DNA from: Acidobacteriota bacterium
Lineage (GTDB): Bacteria > Acidobacteriota > UBA6911 > RPQK01 > CBDEGM01
DNA length: 64,000 nt
Direction of reading: 5' to 3'
Assembly: GCA_965237715.1 (NCBI GenBank)
Contig: CBDEGM010000003.1
Location: 519,913-583,912, forward strand
Under the pieces are notes generated by a model. The model was not told the origin of the DNA. It saw nothing but the letters and a program-made list of their open reading frames with translations, and searched no databases. The position numbers and the translations under genes were made by a program. How positions within the stretch are numbered: position 1 is the stretch's first letter; each line of letters begins with the position of its first letter. This document shows positions 28,586 through 38,534 of the stretch, piece after piece.

Positions 28586-29920
28586 TCACCTTGTGCCGCT
28601 CCAGGAGGGGCTGACAGCGATCGAGGAGCGGTATCCGCTTGCACAGTGCACGACCACCATTCGATCGCTGGAAACCCTATTGATTTGTTCCTGCAGGTGA
28701 TTCAAGGGAATATTGAGACTTCTCTCGATTTGTTTGGCCCGCCACTCCTTCCCTGTGCGGACATCCAGCACAAGCGGCGGTTGCGACGAGGCAAGTTCTT
28801 CAACAAGCGTGGCAGCCGTGATACGAAGAGTCTGTCGCACCAGATCGGGGGTTGCCTCGAGCGCCTGCATTCCCCCCTTGAGATAGCCGGCCACATGGTC
28901 AAAACCGATGCGACCCAGTCTCATCGCTGCTTCTTCCTCACGTCCCGGCTCGGCGATAATCACAATCGGGTCCTTTTCATCGAGGATCGTTCCGGCCCAG
29001 GTCGCGTATTTTCCACCAAGGCCAATGTTGATGGCGTCAACCAAGTGTGCGCCCGCAAAGTCCGCGGGATCGCGTACGTCCAAAAACTGAGCTCCACCCT
29101 CTTTCAATCGAAGTACTTCCTTGACAGTAAGGGGTGTAAGTGTCTGCTTGAGCGTCTCCTCGAGGGTGGGTGCTCCTTCATGTTCAGGACGGCACCATAG
29201 GTCATAGGTAAAATAGTGTGGTGCATCGAGCTGGTCGGCAGTCACAATCTGGACAAATTCTTCCGGGCTCATGGGTTGGAGTGCGTAGTTGTATCGGCGC
29301 TGGATTCCGATTGTGGACCGGGTTTCTTCGCTCAGGTTCTTGCCACACATCGACCCGGCTCCATGTGCCGGATAGACCAAGGTTTCATCCGGAAGGCGGA
29401 GGAGCTTTTTGTGAAGTGAGTCGTAGAGCATGCGTCCCAGTTTCCTCGAGGACCATCCGAGGGAAGCCCTCAGGTCAGGACGCCCCACATCGCCTATAAA
29501 GAGGGTGTCTCCTGTGAGGACGGCATGTGGATTGCGGGCATCCTTCTTCAGATCGTATACGACAATCGAGATCGACTCGGGCGAGTGGCCCGGTGTCTCG
29601 AGGATCTCAAGGCGTACCTTGCCGAACTGTAAGGCGTCCCTATCCTTTACCGGGGTAAACTCATACTCGGTTTGGGCCCGGGCACCCAGGTGAATCCTGG
29701 CTCCAAGCCGATCTCTCAGTTCCAGATGACCAGCCACAAAGTCGGCATGGAAGTGACTGAGAAACACGTGGCGGATTTGGAGGCCTTGTCGCCTGGCATC
29801 TTTCAAGTATTGGTCTATATCTCGCTGAGGATCCACAACCACAGCCGTTCGGCTTTCCTCATCTCCGATCAGATACGAGGCATGTGCGAGACAACCCAGG
29901 TAGTATTGTTGAAAGAGCAT
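28586..29920 (-). CDS. MBL-fold persulfide dioxygenase fused to rhodanese domain(s)
   Basis: HFHADFVAGH metallo-beta-lactamase motif and ETPGHSPES. C-terminal rhodanese active-site loop VVHCASGYRSS. Confidence 0.75.
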   Translation of the reverse strand: MLFQQYYLGCLAHASYLIGDEESRTAVVVDPQRDIDQYLKDARRQGLQIRHVFLSHFHADFVAGHLELRDRLGARIHLGARAQTEYEFTPVKDRDALQFGKVRLEILETPGHSPESISIVVYDLKKDARNPHAVLTGDTLFIGDVGRPDLRASLGWSSRKLGRMLYDSLHKKLLRLPDETLVYPAHGAGSMCGKNLSEETRSTIGIQRRYNYALQPMSPEEFVQIVTADQLDAPHYFTYDLWCRPEHEGAPTLEETLKQTLTPLTVKEVLRLKEGGAQFLDVRDPADFAGAHLVDAINIGLGGKYATWAGTILDEKDPIVIIAEPGREEEAAMRLGRIGFDHVAGYLKGGMQALEATPDLVRQTLRITAATLVEELASSQPPLVLDVRTGKEWRAKQIERSLNIPLNHLQEQINRVSSDRMVVVHCASGYRSSIAVSPSWSGTR

Positions 29921-30094
29921 ATCCTGTTTATTGTAACCGCAAGCTATTGGTGCGTGGTACCGGGATCAAAAACCGTACCTTTTTCCCTTATCATGACGGT
30001 TGTCTCAAGACTGCTGGAGGAGCAGCCCAACTGGTAATATAGTGATAGATTATGTGATATATGACACATACGAGGTCGAAGGAGGTGTTGCGCA

Positions 30095-30379
30095 ATGAGA
30101 GCCGTTTGGAAGAATGTCACTCTTGCTGAAAGTGACCAGACCATTGTCGTGGAGGGGAACCATTATTTCCCACCCGACTGCATCAACAGGGAATATTTTG
30201 AAGAAGGCGACACACACACCACTTGTCCTTGGAAAGGGCAAGCCAGTTACTACCACATCACCGTGGATGGCCAGCGCAATGAGGACGCTGCCTGGTATTA
30301 CCCAGAGCCCAAGGAGACGGCAGCGGAGATCAAAGGCCGTGTCGTCTTTTGGAAGGGTGTTGAGGTTGTTTCGTCATGA
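30095..30379 (+). CDS. DUF427-domain protein
   Basis: VVEGNHYFPPD and GQASYYHI...AAWYYPEP, characteristic of DUF427. Confidence 0.6.
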   Translation: MRAVWKNVTLAESDQTIVVEGNHYFPPDCINREYFEEGDTHTTCPWKGQASYYHITVDGQRNEDAAWYYPEPKETAAEIKGRVVFWKGVEVVSS

Positions 30380-30427
30380 GTCATACCAAATCCCAGTTTC
30401 GGAATCATTTTGAAAAATGGAGCAGTT

Positions 30428-30805
30428 ATGATCGTCGTCACCAACCGAATCCCTGTGACTTCCGGCCACGAGATTGATTTCGAGGACCGCTTCAGGAACC
30501 GAGTGCATCTCGTGGACCAGGCACCAGGATTCATTCGGAACGAAGTCCACCGCCCGAAACCCATGCGGTTCGATCACGAGACCGGCAACTGGAGGGAGGA
30601 CTCTGACGTGCAGGGATACTACGAGGTCAAGACCTGGTGGCATTCCTTCGACGACTTCGTGGCCTGGACTCAGAGCAGCGCCTTCGCTGAGGCCCACAAG
30701 AACAAGCCACCCAAAGAGATGTTCGCTGGGTCTAGTCAGCTTGAAGTTCACGAGGTTTTCCTGAGCACCGATGCCAACCGCCACCTCAAGCTACCGATTG
30801 GGTAA
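30428..30805 (+). CDS. antibiotic-biosynthesis-monooxygenase (ABM) domain protein
   Basis: MIVVTNRIPV...HEIDFEDRF... ferredoxin-like ABM fold pattern. Start set at the internal ATG. Confidence 0.5.
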   Translation: MIVVTNRIPVTSGHEIDFEDRFRNRVHLVDQAPGFIRNEVHRPKPMRFDHETGNWREDSDVQGYYEVKTWWHSFDDFVAWTQSSAFAEAHKNKPPKEMFAGSSQLEVHEVFLSTDANRHLKLPIG

Positions 30806-31004
30806 GCGAACAGTTTCTCAATCCAGGCTACAGCCAGAGGGGAACGGATGAATTCTTTTTCCTGCCCCGGGACGCCTGAACTGCCCGTTTCGATCAAACG
30901 GTTTGAGGCGCTTCCCCATCCCCGGCTTTGGATCGCATCAAGGCAGCGGCAATGCCACCAAACAGAGTCCCGAACACCACGGTAAACATAATCCAGAAGG
31001 TCAT

Positions 31005-31592
31005 TTAGGGCAGCAGAGCCAGCAGAAGAAACTTCGCCAAAAAGCCCATCTCCGGGTACCCGGCAGGTCCCAGCTCGTAATGGGTCCCCCAATTGCCAAC
31101 CATGGCAACGAACGCCACGATCAACACAGGAATACGTGACGCAAAGGCGTAGCTGAGCATGGTTTGAAAGAAAGCGGGCCACACGCTGCGTAAGATCCAG
31201 AGAGCGACCACAGAGGCAGCTACGAATCCCAGCTGTTGAGCAATCGCTCCACCGAAGCTAACGCTCACATCAGGGTTCCCAGTCAGGGCAACCACCGCTA
31301 TGCTCATCGCAATCGCTGCTACCAGCCCCAGCACAGAGAACCCAATCACTCTGCCGGCACTCTCCGGTGCATGACCACTCCGGGCCAGCTTGACGGCAAA
31401 GTAAATCCCAAAGATGGGGATCAACCAAACAATACCTACCAGTGCTCCCTGGCCCCCGGCCTCCCTGTTGAAAAGAGCCGATGGTCCACCGCCCAACTCA
31501 CCAACCAGGCGAGCAATCGTGACCGCCAGAGCGATCAATGCGGGAACCATGACGAGCCGCTTCACGTTAAGACCTGAACTAGACGTTTCCAT
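31005..31592 (-). CDS. hypothetical integral membrane protein
   Basis: Five to six predicted TM helices. No motif recognised. Confidence 0.45.
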   Translation of the reverse strand: METSSSGLNVKRLVMVPALIALAVTIARLVGELGGGPSALFNREAGGQGALVGIVWLIPIFGIYFAVKLARSGHAPESAGRVIGFSVLGLVAAIAMSIAVVALTGNPDVSVSFGGAIAQQLGFVAASVVALWILRSVWPAFFQTMLSYAFASRIPVLIVAFVAMVGNWGTHYELGPAGYPEMGFLAKFLLLALLP

Positions 31593-31770
31593 AAGTGACC
31601 TCCGAAAAGACCTTATGCATAATGCAGGCTCCTAGAACCATAACTGGAGTGAAAAAGCGAGTCAACTCCCAGTGGTCTGTCAAATTTCTGCTGGCTACTT
31701 CATCAGGTTTGAGCGGTCCATTCCCGATGGTAGCGGCCCCACCAGTGAAATCCCAATAGAGCAACCAGAA

Positions 31771-34700
31771 TCACGCGAGAATTGCCCCTGCAAAGGCCGA
31801 TGGATAGGCCTCATAAAAACCCTCTTGGAGTTGAGAGAGAATTACGACCGCCGCAGTCGAGACTGGAATCAGCGTCAGGTCAAAGCGGAAAACGAAAATG
31901 TAGCACAGCAGAAGGATCATTCCGGTAATGAGTCCTGAAGCGAGCCACCCCAGGGGAGCGTCGACAGATGTACCGCTCACAACGAAACCGAGCACAATCA
32001 GCAGCGTGGAAAAGAGACCCTTTTTTCGGGACCAACCACCCGTGTAGTGATCCACTGCGAGAAAAACGAGCAGGACAAAAGAGGTCATCAACAGATAATT
32101 GAGAAGTGAATCCAAGGCGGAACCCAAGACCGGGAGAACCCCGTCAGCAGCGCCATAGTGGCCCCAGTTTGGAGAGAGAGAAGGCATCTGACCCAATGCG
32201 AGTGTTCTTAACGCTACCGCAATAAAACCCAGGGAAAGACCTGACCAGAATCGGGTCCAATCCTTTTCACTCGCTACTGGAGCCCTCCATTGGTGGAGAA
32301 ACCCTGCCATCAGTCCGATCAATGCGGAAAGAAACAGAAGGCTCAGAAATCCCACAGCAATGGCGGTTAAGATTTGGTTGCTTATAGGCTGATCTGTGAA
32401 AAAGCCCGCCTTCATGGCTGGCCATTCGTTAATACGGCCAAGAAGGTTTACGAGAGAAGAGAGACCCAGAAAAGTGAGGAAGGCAGGTACAGCAAACTGC
32501 CGGCGGCTCCATCTCACCACAGCGCCTACGACACCGGCCAAAAGCAGCAGACCCAAAATCGAGCTGCTCAGAATCCCGATGATCCGGGCGGCGCTGTTTC
32601 TGCTGCGATCCTCACGAAGCCACTCCTCCGGCACATGGATATGGCGATAGGAATCCACTATCTCCTGGCCTGCGATTTCCACAACGATTCTTGCTTCACC
32701 TTCCGGCAGGGGAGAAGTTTCATCTACGAAAGTGAAGGACCAATCCCGACGGGCGGAAAGTTTCGAGGGCTTGGCGGAGATTTCTCTCAGCTGCGATGGT
32801 CCGAGCCGATAATTCGTCTCCACAACTGAAAAGGCCATCTTTCTGGTCTCATCTTCCGACAACGTCTCTCCGGATCTAGCCTCAGGCAGCTGATGGCGGT
32901 ACCTCAGAGTCTCACCATCCTGACCAATGCCCACCACATGTTCCTCAGCTCGTTCTTCTACATCGCCCTCGAAGGTGGCAAAGCAAACCCGCCAGTGTGG
33001 TGGACTCAGAAAATTTCCAATGAGCTTCCCATAAAGCTCTTCACCTCCGGTCTGCCAGATGAATCGGTGCTGTACGCCCACCCTTGCCTGAACAGAGCTC
33101 AGGACTTCCCACGATTCCGGCAGTTCGACCCCTCGATCTGACAAGACCTGGTGGGCCCGGCCTACTGCTTCTTGGCGCGAAACCTTCAGAGCCGGAGCGT
33201 CATTTTGAAAATCCCCGGCCAGCACCCAAATCCCCAATCCCAGAATTCCTCCCACCTGAAGAGAACGCAAAACGCCGGGCCTAAGCCTCACTGCAGCAGT
33301 ATCAGCCGGTTCCTCTAACGGTGCTTCGACAACTTCCAGCTCCTCCTGAAGCGGAGGACTCCAGGAGGTGTTGAGGTGTTCCGGAGAGACCTTGTCCCAT
33401 TGCCTGGCACGCCATCTCCTCCCCAACACCACCCATAAAGGAATCAGCGTTAGAGCAACCACCAGCACCTTATCCAACCAGACTCCCGGCGCCGATGAGA
33501 CAAATAGCGGAAGGGCAAACCAAATCACATCGAATGCGAAGTGCAAAACGATTCCCGGAAGAAGTCCGAAATAAAGGTACAGCAGGCCAAAGAACAATGA
33601 GGGAATAATCAGCTCAACAACTCGGGCGTAGGCAGGTTGGTTGGGATATGCGGCGTGCCCGGCACCGAAAATGAGGGCCTGGATCACGAAGGCAGCGATA
33701 ATCCAAGCCCGGCGGTGGCCAAAGCGCTGCCCGATACAGGCCGCACCCGCAATCGGCACCGCTCGAAAGAGGCACTCTTCCCAGAATCCCGCCTGAAAAG
33801 AAATCGCGATCGAAGAAAACCAGGGCAAATAGGTCGCCAATACATCAGGGCTAAAGAGCGTGTGGGAGGGCGTCCACCAACCCAATACCCTGTTTGAAAA
33901 AAAGTAAAGGATCACCTCGTAAGCAAAAAAGAGCGGCACCAGCAGATAACCCACCACACTCCGCCCCATGACTGCAGGCGTATTCGCAACTCCCCGGGAC
34001 CACGATTTCCACAACTGGATATGATGGGGAAAAGCTCGACGGGACAGACTCTCGGCAGCCATAAAGGACAGGCTCAACAAGATCGACAGGATCACAAACT
34101 GGCCAAATATCGTCACCATCTGCTGAACCATGAAAGTTTTCACTGACAATGCCGTGTCATACATCATCCAGGCAAGCGGCCACTGGTTGATCATGGCAAG
34201 AGCTTGCAGAAGAGCCACGAATACTCCCCAGCAGAGGGCCATTCGCCAGAGGACCCAGCCTTTGCGAAGGAGAAAGAACAATCCGATAATGCACCCCCCC
34301 AGGATATAAAGCAGCGCCATTGCAACGTTGCCGATAACTCCAATGGTCCGATTGGCGGATCGCATTTCTCCATAACGGCGCTGGAAGCCTTCCGGAATCT
34401 TGATGAAGTGCGAAAGCTCAGTGAATTCATCGCCGCTGACGATCAGCCTAAGTCGATAGCGCCCTTCCCCAAGCTTCTGACTGCCATGCTCGTAGACCAG
34501 GCTATGATCGATCCGACCGCCCGTGCGAACCTCCTGAGACTCTTCCACCAGATGATAACTACCCAGGTTGATCTTCCAATCTCTAACGGCCGCTGTTTCG
34601 GCAATGGTTCGAGCGGATTCAGCGGGCAAAGCGGCCCCTGGTTCGTCTTCCGGAATCTTCTCAGTAAACCCATAGGGCTGGCCTGCCGGGGTGAAACGGA

Positions 34701-35052
34701 TCTCTGTCTCGTTGGTCTCCCTCTCTCGGTAGTGGCGTACACGCCAGGTGTAAGGAGAGTAGAGCCCTTCTCGGAGGATGCGGTTGAACGTTTCTTTACC
34801 GCCTCCCTCCAGCTCCACGAAGGTCTGTACTTCCCCCTCCAATAGAAAGGACGCAGCCTGTGCAAAGTCTTCGGGCCCCCAGTGGTATTTCTCCGCCAGA
34901 GCAGAGGCTTTCTGAAGAGCACTCTCGCGGTTCATCTGAATATCCAGATTCACCAAGGAAAATGCCTGTGGAAAATACTGAAAGCTGAAAACAGTCGCGA
35001 TCAGGGCCGCCAAAGCCAGCACGATCCAGAAGGCAGGTTTCTTAACAGACAT
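31771..35052 (-). CDS. large membrane protein containing a CPBP-family (CAAX/Abi) intramembrane glutamic protease domain
   Basis: 1093 aa. The C-terminal polytopic region carries EECLFRAV (EExxxR), FGAGH and HFAFD, the CPBP catalytic motifs. Large N-terminal extracytoplasmic region. Confidence 0.6.
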   Translation of the reverse strand: MSVKKPAFWIVLALAALIATVFSFQYFPQAFSLVNLDIQMNRESALQKASALAEKYHWGPEDFAQAASFLLEGEVQTFVELEGGGKETFNRILREGLYSPYTWRVRHYRERETNETEIRFTPAGQPYGFTEKIPEDEPGAALPAESARTIAETAAVRDWKINLGSYHLVEESQEVRTGGRIDHSLVYEHGSQKLGEGRYRLRLIVSGDEFTELSHFIKIPEGFQRRYGEMRSANRTIGVIGNVAMALLYILGGCIIGLFFLLRKGWVLWRMALCWGVFVALLQALAMINQWPLAWMMYDTALSVKTFMVQQMVTIFGQFVILSILLSLSFMAAESLSRRAFPHHIQLWKSWSRGVANTPAVMGRSVVGYLLVPLFFAYEVILYFFSNRVLGWWTPSHTLFSPDVLATYLPWFSSIAISFQAGFWEECLFRAVPIAGAACIGQRFGHRRAWIIAAFVIQALIFGAGHAAYPNQPAYARVVELIIPSLFFGLLYLYFGLLPGIVLHFAFDVIWFALPLFVSSAPGVWLDKVLVVALTLIPLWVVLGRRWRARQWDKVSPEHLNTSWSPPLQEELEVVEAPLEEPADTAAVRLRPGVLRSLQVGGILGLGIWVLAGDFQNDAPALKVSRQEAVGRAHQVLSDRGVELPESWEVLSSVQARVGVQHRFIWQTGGEELYGKLIGNFLSPPHWRVCFATFEGDVEERAEEHVVGIGQDGETLRYRHQLPEARSGETLSEDETRKMAFSVVETNYRLGPSQLREISAKPSKLSARRDWSFTFVDETSPLPEGEARIVVEIAGQEIVDSYRHIHVPEEWLREDRSRNSAARIIGILSSSILGLLLLAGVVGAVVRWSRRQFAVPAFLTFLGLSSLVNLLGRINEWPAMKAGFFTDQPISNQILTAIAVGFLSLLFLSALIGLMAGFLHQWRAPVASEKDWTRFWSGLSLGFIAVALRTLALGQMPSLSPNWGHYGAADGVLPVLGSALDSLLNYLLMTSFVLLVFLAVDHYTGGWSRKKGLFSTLLIVLGFVVSGTSVDAPLGWLASGLITGMILLLCYIFVFRFDLTLIPVSTAAVVILSQLQEGFYEAYPSAFAGAILA

Positions 35053-35120
35053 GGTTTCGCTCCTTATTTTTGCGGGAAGCTTGCGACGAAAGCCGACTCA
35101 CTATGCGTAAACTGTCTACT

Positions 35121-35161
35121 GACACGAGTGTCTTGACACGAGTGTCTTGACGACGAGTGCC
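35121..35161. repeat. tandem GACACGAGTGTC palindromic units (x2 plus a degenerate third)
   Basis: gacacgagtgtcttgacacgagtgtcttgacgacgagtgcc. Confidence 0.65.
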
Positions 35162-35455
35162 TTCGCTGTTAATGCTCACTGAGAACCGTAGTTTTTTGGA
35201 CACCCGCCGGTAGTTAACTCAACATCATCCGCACCGCAGGTGCGCGTTTCATCATCCGCGCTTGAAAAGCGCGGGGCCATTTTTCCTGAACAGTTGGTGT
35301 AGTGTCTGGGGGCCAAAGGTGGAAAGGACCTCGACCCTTTGACCGAGAATCGAGGTCCGGTTGTGGCAACCCCGTTACAAGTGGAGGACCACCGCAGACT
35401 TCACTGTAGCCTGTCATGATCCTGGGCTGTTGTCCAGTTCCGCCGGGACTGGACT

Positions 35456-35899
35456 ATGGCCGATCCGCTGGTTGTTTTCCGCCTCCGCTCGTGCCGCGCT
35501 GCAGGCTGCGGTGCACTGTTTTGGATCTGTCGCCGTTGCGGCCGAGGCCATCGCTATTGCAGTGTGCGCTGTCGGCAACAAGCGCGCCGCCAGCAGTGCC
35601 GGGAAGCCAATCGGCGGCATCAACAGTCCCCCGGGGGGCGACTGGATCATCGAGACCGTCAGCGCGCGTATCGGCGGCGGCCGGAGCGCGTGACGGATCA
35701 AGGTAGACGCGAGGATCGCATCTTCGTCAGCATGGCTGCCGTAGCCTCCCTCCAGTTCTCCCTGCCGGGAAAGGAGGGGGAGCCTCGAAAGGAGCGCCAT
35801 GTCCCATCCCATGGGGAGCGTCCCCGCCGTTTTCGGGTTCGCTGTGTCGTGTGTGGTCGGTCCGGCCACTGGATCCATCTGTTTCGGGAAGGAGGGTGA
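35456..35899 (+). CDS. Cys/Arg-rich ORF (possible zinc ribbon) ending 4 bp before istA. May be a spurious frame within the IS21 left terminal region
   Basis: CRAAGCGALFWICRRCGRGHRYCSVRC and C-terminal CVVCGRSG cysteine pairs. The Arg/Gln-rich composition is also typical of out-of-frame GC-rich DNA. Confidence 0.2.
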   Translation: MADPLVVFRLRSCRAAGCGALFWICRRCGRGHRYCSVRCRQQARRQQCREANRRHQQSPGGRLDHRDRQRAYRRRPERVTDQGRREDRIFVSMAAVASLQFSLPGKEGEPRKERHVPSHGERPRRFRVRCVVCGRSGHWIHLFREGG

Positions 35900-35902
35900 A
35901 GC

Positions 35903-37341
35903 ATGATCGATCGAGAACTGCTCGCCCGAATCCGCCATCTTTTCCATGCCGAACATTGGAAGATCGGGACCATTGCTGATCACTTGGGGCTTCACTGGGA
36001 GACCGTGCGCCAGGCTCTCCAGACCGATCGCTTCAATCGCCAGAAGATGGAACGGCCCCGTCTGACCGATCCCTACCTTCCCTTTATCCGAGAGACCCTG
36101 GAGCGCTACCCTCGGCTTCGTGTCACGCGTCTGTTCGAGATGCTGCGCGCCCGGGGCTACACGGGCTCGGTCGTGCAGTTGCGGCGCGTGGTGGCCACGC
36201 TGCGCCCCACCCCTCGGGAGGCCTTCGCTGCGTCTGCGGACCTTCCCGGGGGAGGCGGGTCAAGCCGACTGGGCGCACTTCGGTAAAGTCCGGGTGGGCC
36301 GTGCCGAGCGCATCCTGTCCTGCTTTGTGTTCACCCCCTCCTATTCGCGGGCGCTGTTTCTGGAGTTTTGTTTTGACCAGCAAATGGAAAACTTCCTGCG
36401 CGCTCACATCCACGCCTTCGAAGACATCGGTTGTCCACGCACCATCCTGTACGACAACACCAAAAGCGTCGTGTTGGAACGTCGGGGCGAGGCTGTTCAC
36501 TTTCATCCGCGCCGGTTGGAGCTGGCCGCCCATTATCACTTTGCGCCACGCCCCTGCCACCCCTACCGGGCTTCCGAGAAAGGGCGCGTCGAAAGAGCCA
36601 TCTCCTATGTGCGCCATTCCTTCTTCGCCGCCCGCCCCTTTAGCACGCTCTCAGACTTCAACCGTCAAGCGCTCCTCTGGCGCGACCAGGTAGCGCCATC
36701 GTCGGCCCTGGCCCGGCGGCGATGGGCGCACCGTCGAGGAAGTGTGGGAAGAAGAAAAAGCCTTCCTTCTTCCCTTGCCGGCTCATCGCCTGGAAACCGA
36801 TCTGGTTCTGCCGGTCCGCTCCCGCAAAACCATCTACATCCGTTTTGATTTAAACGACTATTCGATCCCGCCTTCGGCCGTGGGCCGGCCCCTGACACTG
36901 GTGGCCTCCGAGCAGACGGTGCGCATTTTGGACGGAAGCACCGAGATCGCCCGCCATCTCCGCTCCTATGACCGCCACGACGTCCGCACCGATCCGGCTC
37001 ACCAGGAAGCGCTGCTGGCCGCCGTTCCGGAAACGGAAACCTTGCTGGACGAGGCCTTTCAGCGCGGAGAGCCCACCGGCCGCCAGACGGCCAAGCTGGT
37101 GGAACTCTTGGATCTCTATGGGGCCGAAGAGCTGCAGGCGGCGGTGCGTGAAGCCCTGCAACGGGGCACCCCGCGCGCCGCCTCGGTGGCCTTTCTGCTG
37201 GGCCGGCGCCAGCGCGCTCAGGGGCGAAAGGCGCCTCTACCCATTGAGTTGCGCCAGCGTCCCGAACTGGAGGACCTCTATGTCCAATCCCATAACCCGG
37301 AGACCTATGACGAACTGGCTTCCGATGACGACGAATCCTGA
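35903..37341 (+). pseudogene. istA: IS21-family transposase IstA, two frameshifts (near 36240 and near 36695)
   Basis: HTH N-terminus in frame 2 (35903..36286). Integrase core ...[15 protein letters not shown]...[10 protein letters not shown]... in frame 0 (36120..36848). C-terminus [19 protein letters not shown]... in frame 1 (36742..37341). Confidence 0.75.
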
Positions 37342-38089
37342 TCTGATGCAGCTTTTGCACAAGACCGGTCTGGTGACGCTCGCCGGTGAGCTGGAGGATT
37401 TTCTGGCCCGCGCCACCAAGGGGCGCTGGTCCCCCCGTCAGATCTTGGAGGAACTGGCTCGTCGGGAGCATGAGGAGCGAGCCCAACGCAGTCTCAAGCG
37501 GCGTCTGCGCCTGGCCAAGATCGGCCGCTTCAAGCCGATGGATGACTTTGACTGGAACTGGCCGACCCGGATCGACCGGGAAGTCATTGAGCGCGCCTTT
37601 ACCCTGGACTTTATCCAGGAAGGCCGCAACCTCATCTTACTGGGTACCAACGGCCTGGGAAAAACCATGATCATCAAGAATCTGGCTTACCAGTCCGTCC
37701 TGGCCGGCTACTCTGTGCTCTTTCGAACCGCCCCGGAGATTCTCGACGACCTGCAATCGGAGGCGCCGGAACTGCAGCGCCGCAAGCTGAAAAAATACGC
37801 GCGCGCGCAGGTGCTCTACCTCGATGAAGTCGGCTGTCTCACCTACGACAGTGAGGCCGCCGACCTGCTCCATGAAATCGTCAACCGGCGCTATGAGTGC
37901 CGGTCGCTCGTGCTGACCTCCAACAAAGCCTTTAAGGAGTGGAATAGCGTCTTTCCCCAATCCGGCTGCTTGATTGCGCTTCTGGACCGTCTCACCCACC
38001 ATGCTGACGTCACTGTGATGGAGGGGCAAAGCTACCGCGTGCGGGAAAGCGAGCAGGAAGCGGCCGCCCGTCGCAAGAAAACAAGATGA
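37328..38089 (+). CDS. istB: IS21-family helper ATPase IstB
   Basis: Walker [13 protein letters not shown] and Walker [12 protein letters not shown] overlaps the istA stop as ATGACGACGAATCCTGA. Confidence 0.85.
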   Translation, partial: TTNPDLMQLLHKTGLVTLAGELEDFLARATKGRWSPRQILEELARREHEERAQRSLKRRLRLAKIGRFKPMDDFDWNWPTRIDREVIERAFTLDFIQEGRNLILLGTNGLGKTMIIKNLAYQSVLAGYSVLFRTAPEILDDLQSEAPELQRRKLKKYARAQVLYLDEVGCLTYDSEAADLLHEIVNRRYECRSLVLTSNKAFKEWNSVFPQSGCLIALLDRLTHHADVTVMEGQSYRVRESEQEAAARRKKTR

Positions 38090-38493
38090 GCACTCCCGTC
38101 CAGCGTCGCGCTCATATCCAGACCCTCTTGGCGGATTATCTCGAACTTCCCCATACGCCCACTCGAGCACGCCCGCCGGATCGGCGACTCGCCGCTCACT
38201 TCTATGACCGCGCTATCCCTCTGGCCACCGTCCAGGATGCCTTCCTGGTGGCGACCAGCCGCCGTCTTTTCCGAGACCCAGCGCTTCCTCGACTTTCTCC
38301 CATTCGCTCCCTTTACTACTTCCTCCCCATTGTCGAAGAGTTGCTTCAGTATCCGCTCCCCCACGGTTACGCTCAGTATCTCGAACGCAAACCACGCGCC
38401 CATCACAAGCCCAAGGAGGGGCACCCCATGGAAAAACCCGTTGATCGAGGTTCGCCACCCGGCGTGTGTTCAGAAAAGTTCAGATCCTCGTGA
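38086..38493 (+). CDS. hypothetical protein, translationally coupled to istB (ATGA overlap)
   Basis: 135-aa ORF whose ATG overlaps the istB TGA. No recognisable domain. Confidence 0.35.
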   Translation: MSTPVQRRAHIQTLLADYLELPHTPTRARPPDRRLAAHFYDRAIPLATVQDAFLVATSRRLFRDPALPRLSPIRSLYYFLPIVEELLQYPLPHGYAQYLERKPRAHHKPKEGHPMEKPVDRGSPPGVCSEKFRSS

Positions 38494-38534
38494 TCGCTAA
38501 CACCTTCGCTACCACACCTTATGCATGATCCGGG

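Larger units (their letters stand above)
35903..38493 (+). mobile_element. IS21-family element (istA remnant + istB + coupled third ORF); terminal repeats not resolved
   Basis: Gene content is diagnostic. Ends are probably within 35200..35900 on the left and 38494..38534 on the right, next to the thiD stop. Confidence 0.6.

Noticed and set aside
35456-35899. Cys-rich 147-aa ORF as a real zinc-finger regulator
   Set aside because: Lies where the IS21 left terminal region must be; istA starts 4 bp later. Arg/Gln/Cys composition fits an out-of-frame GC-rich translation. Kept only as a low-confidence feature.
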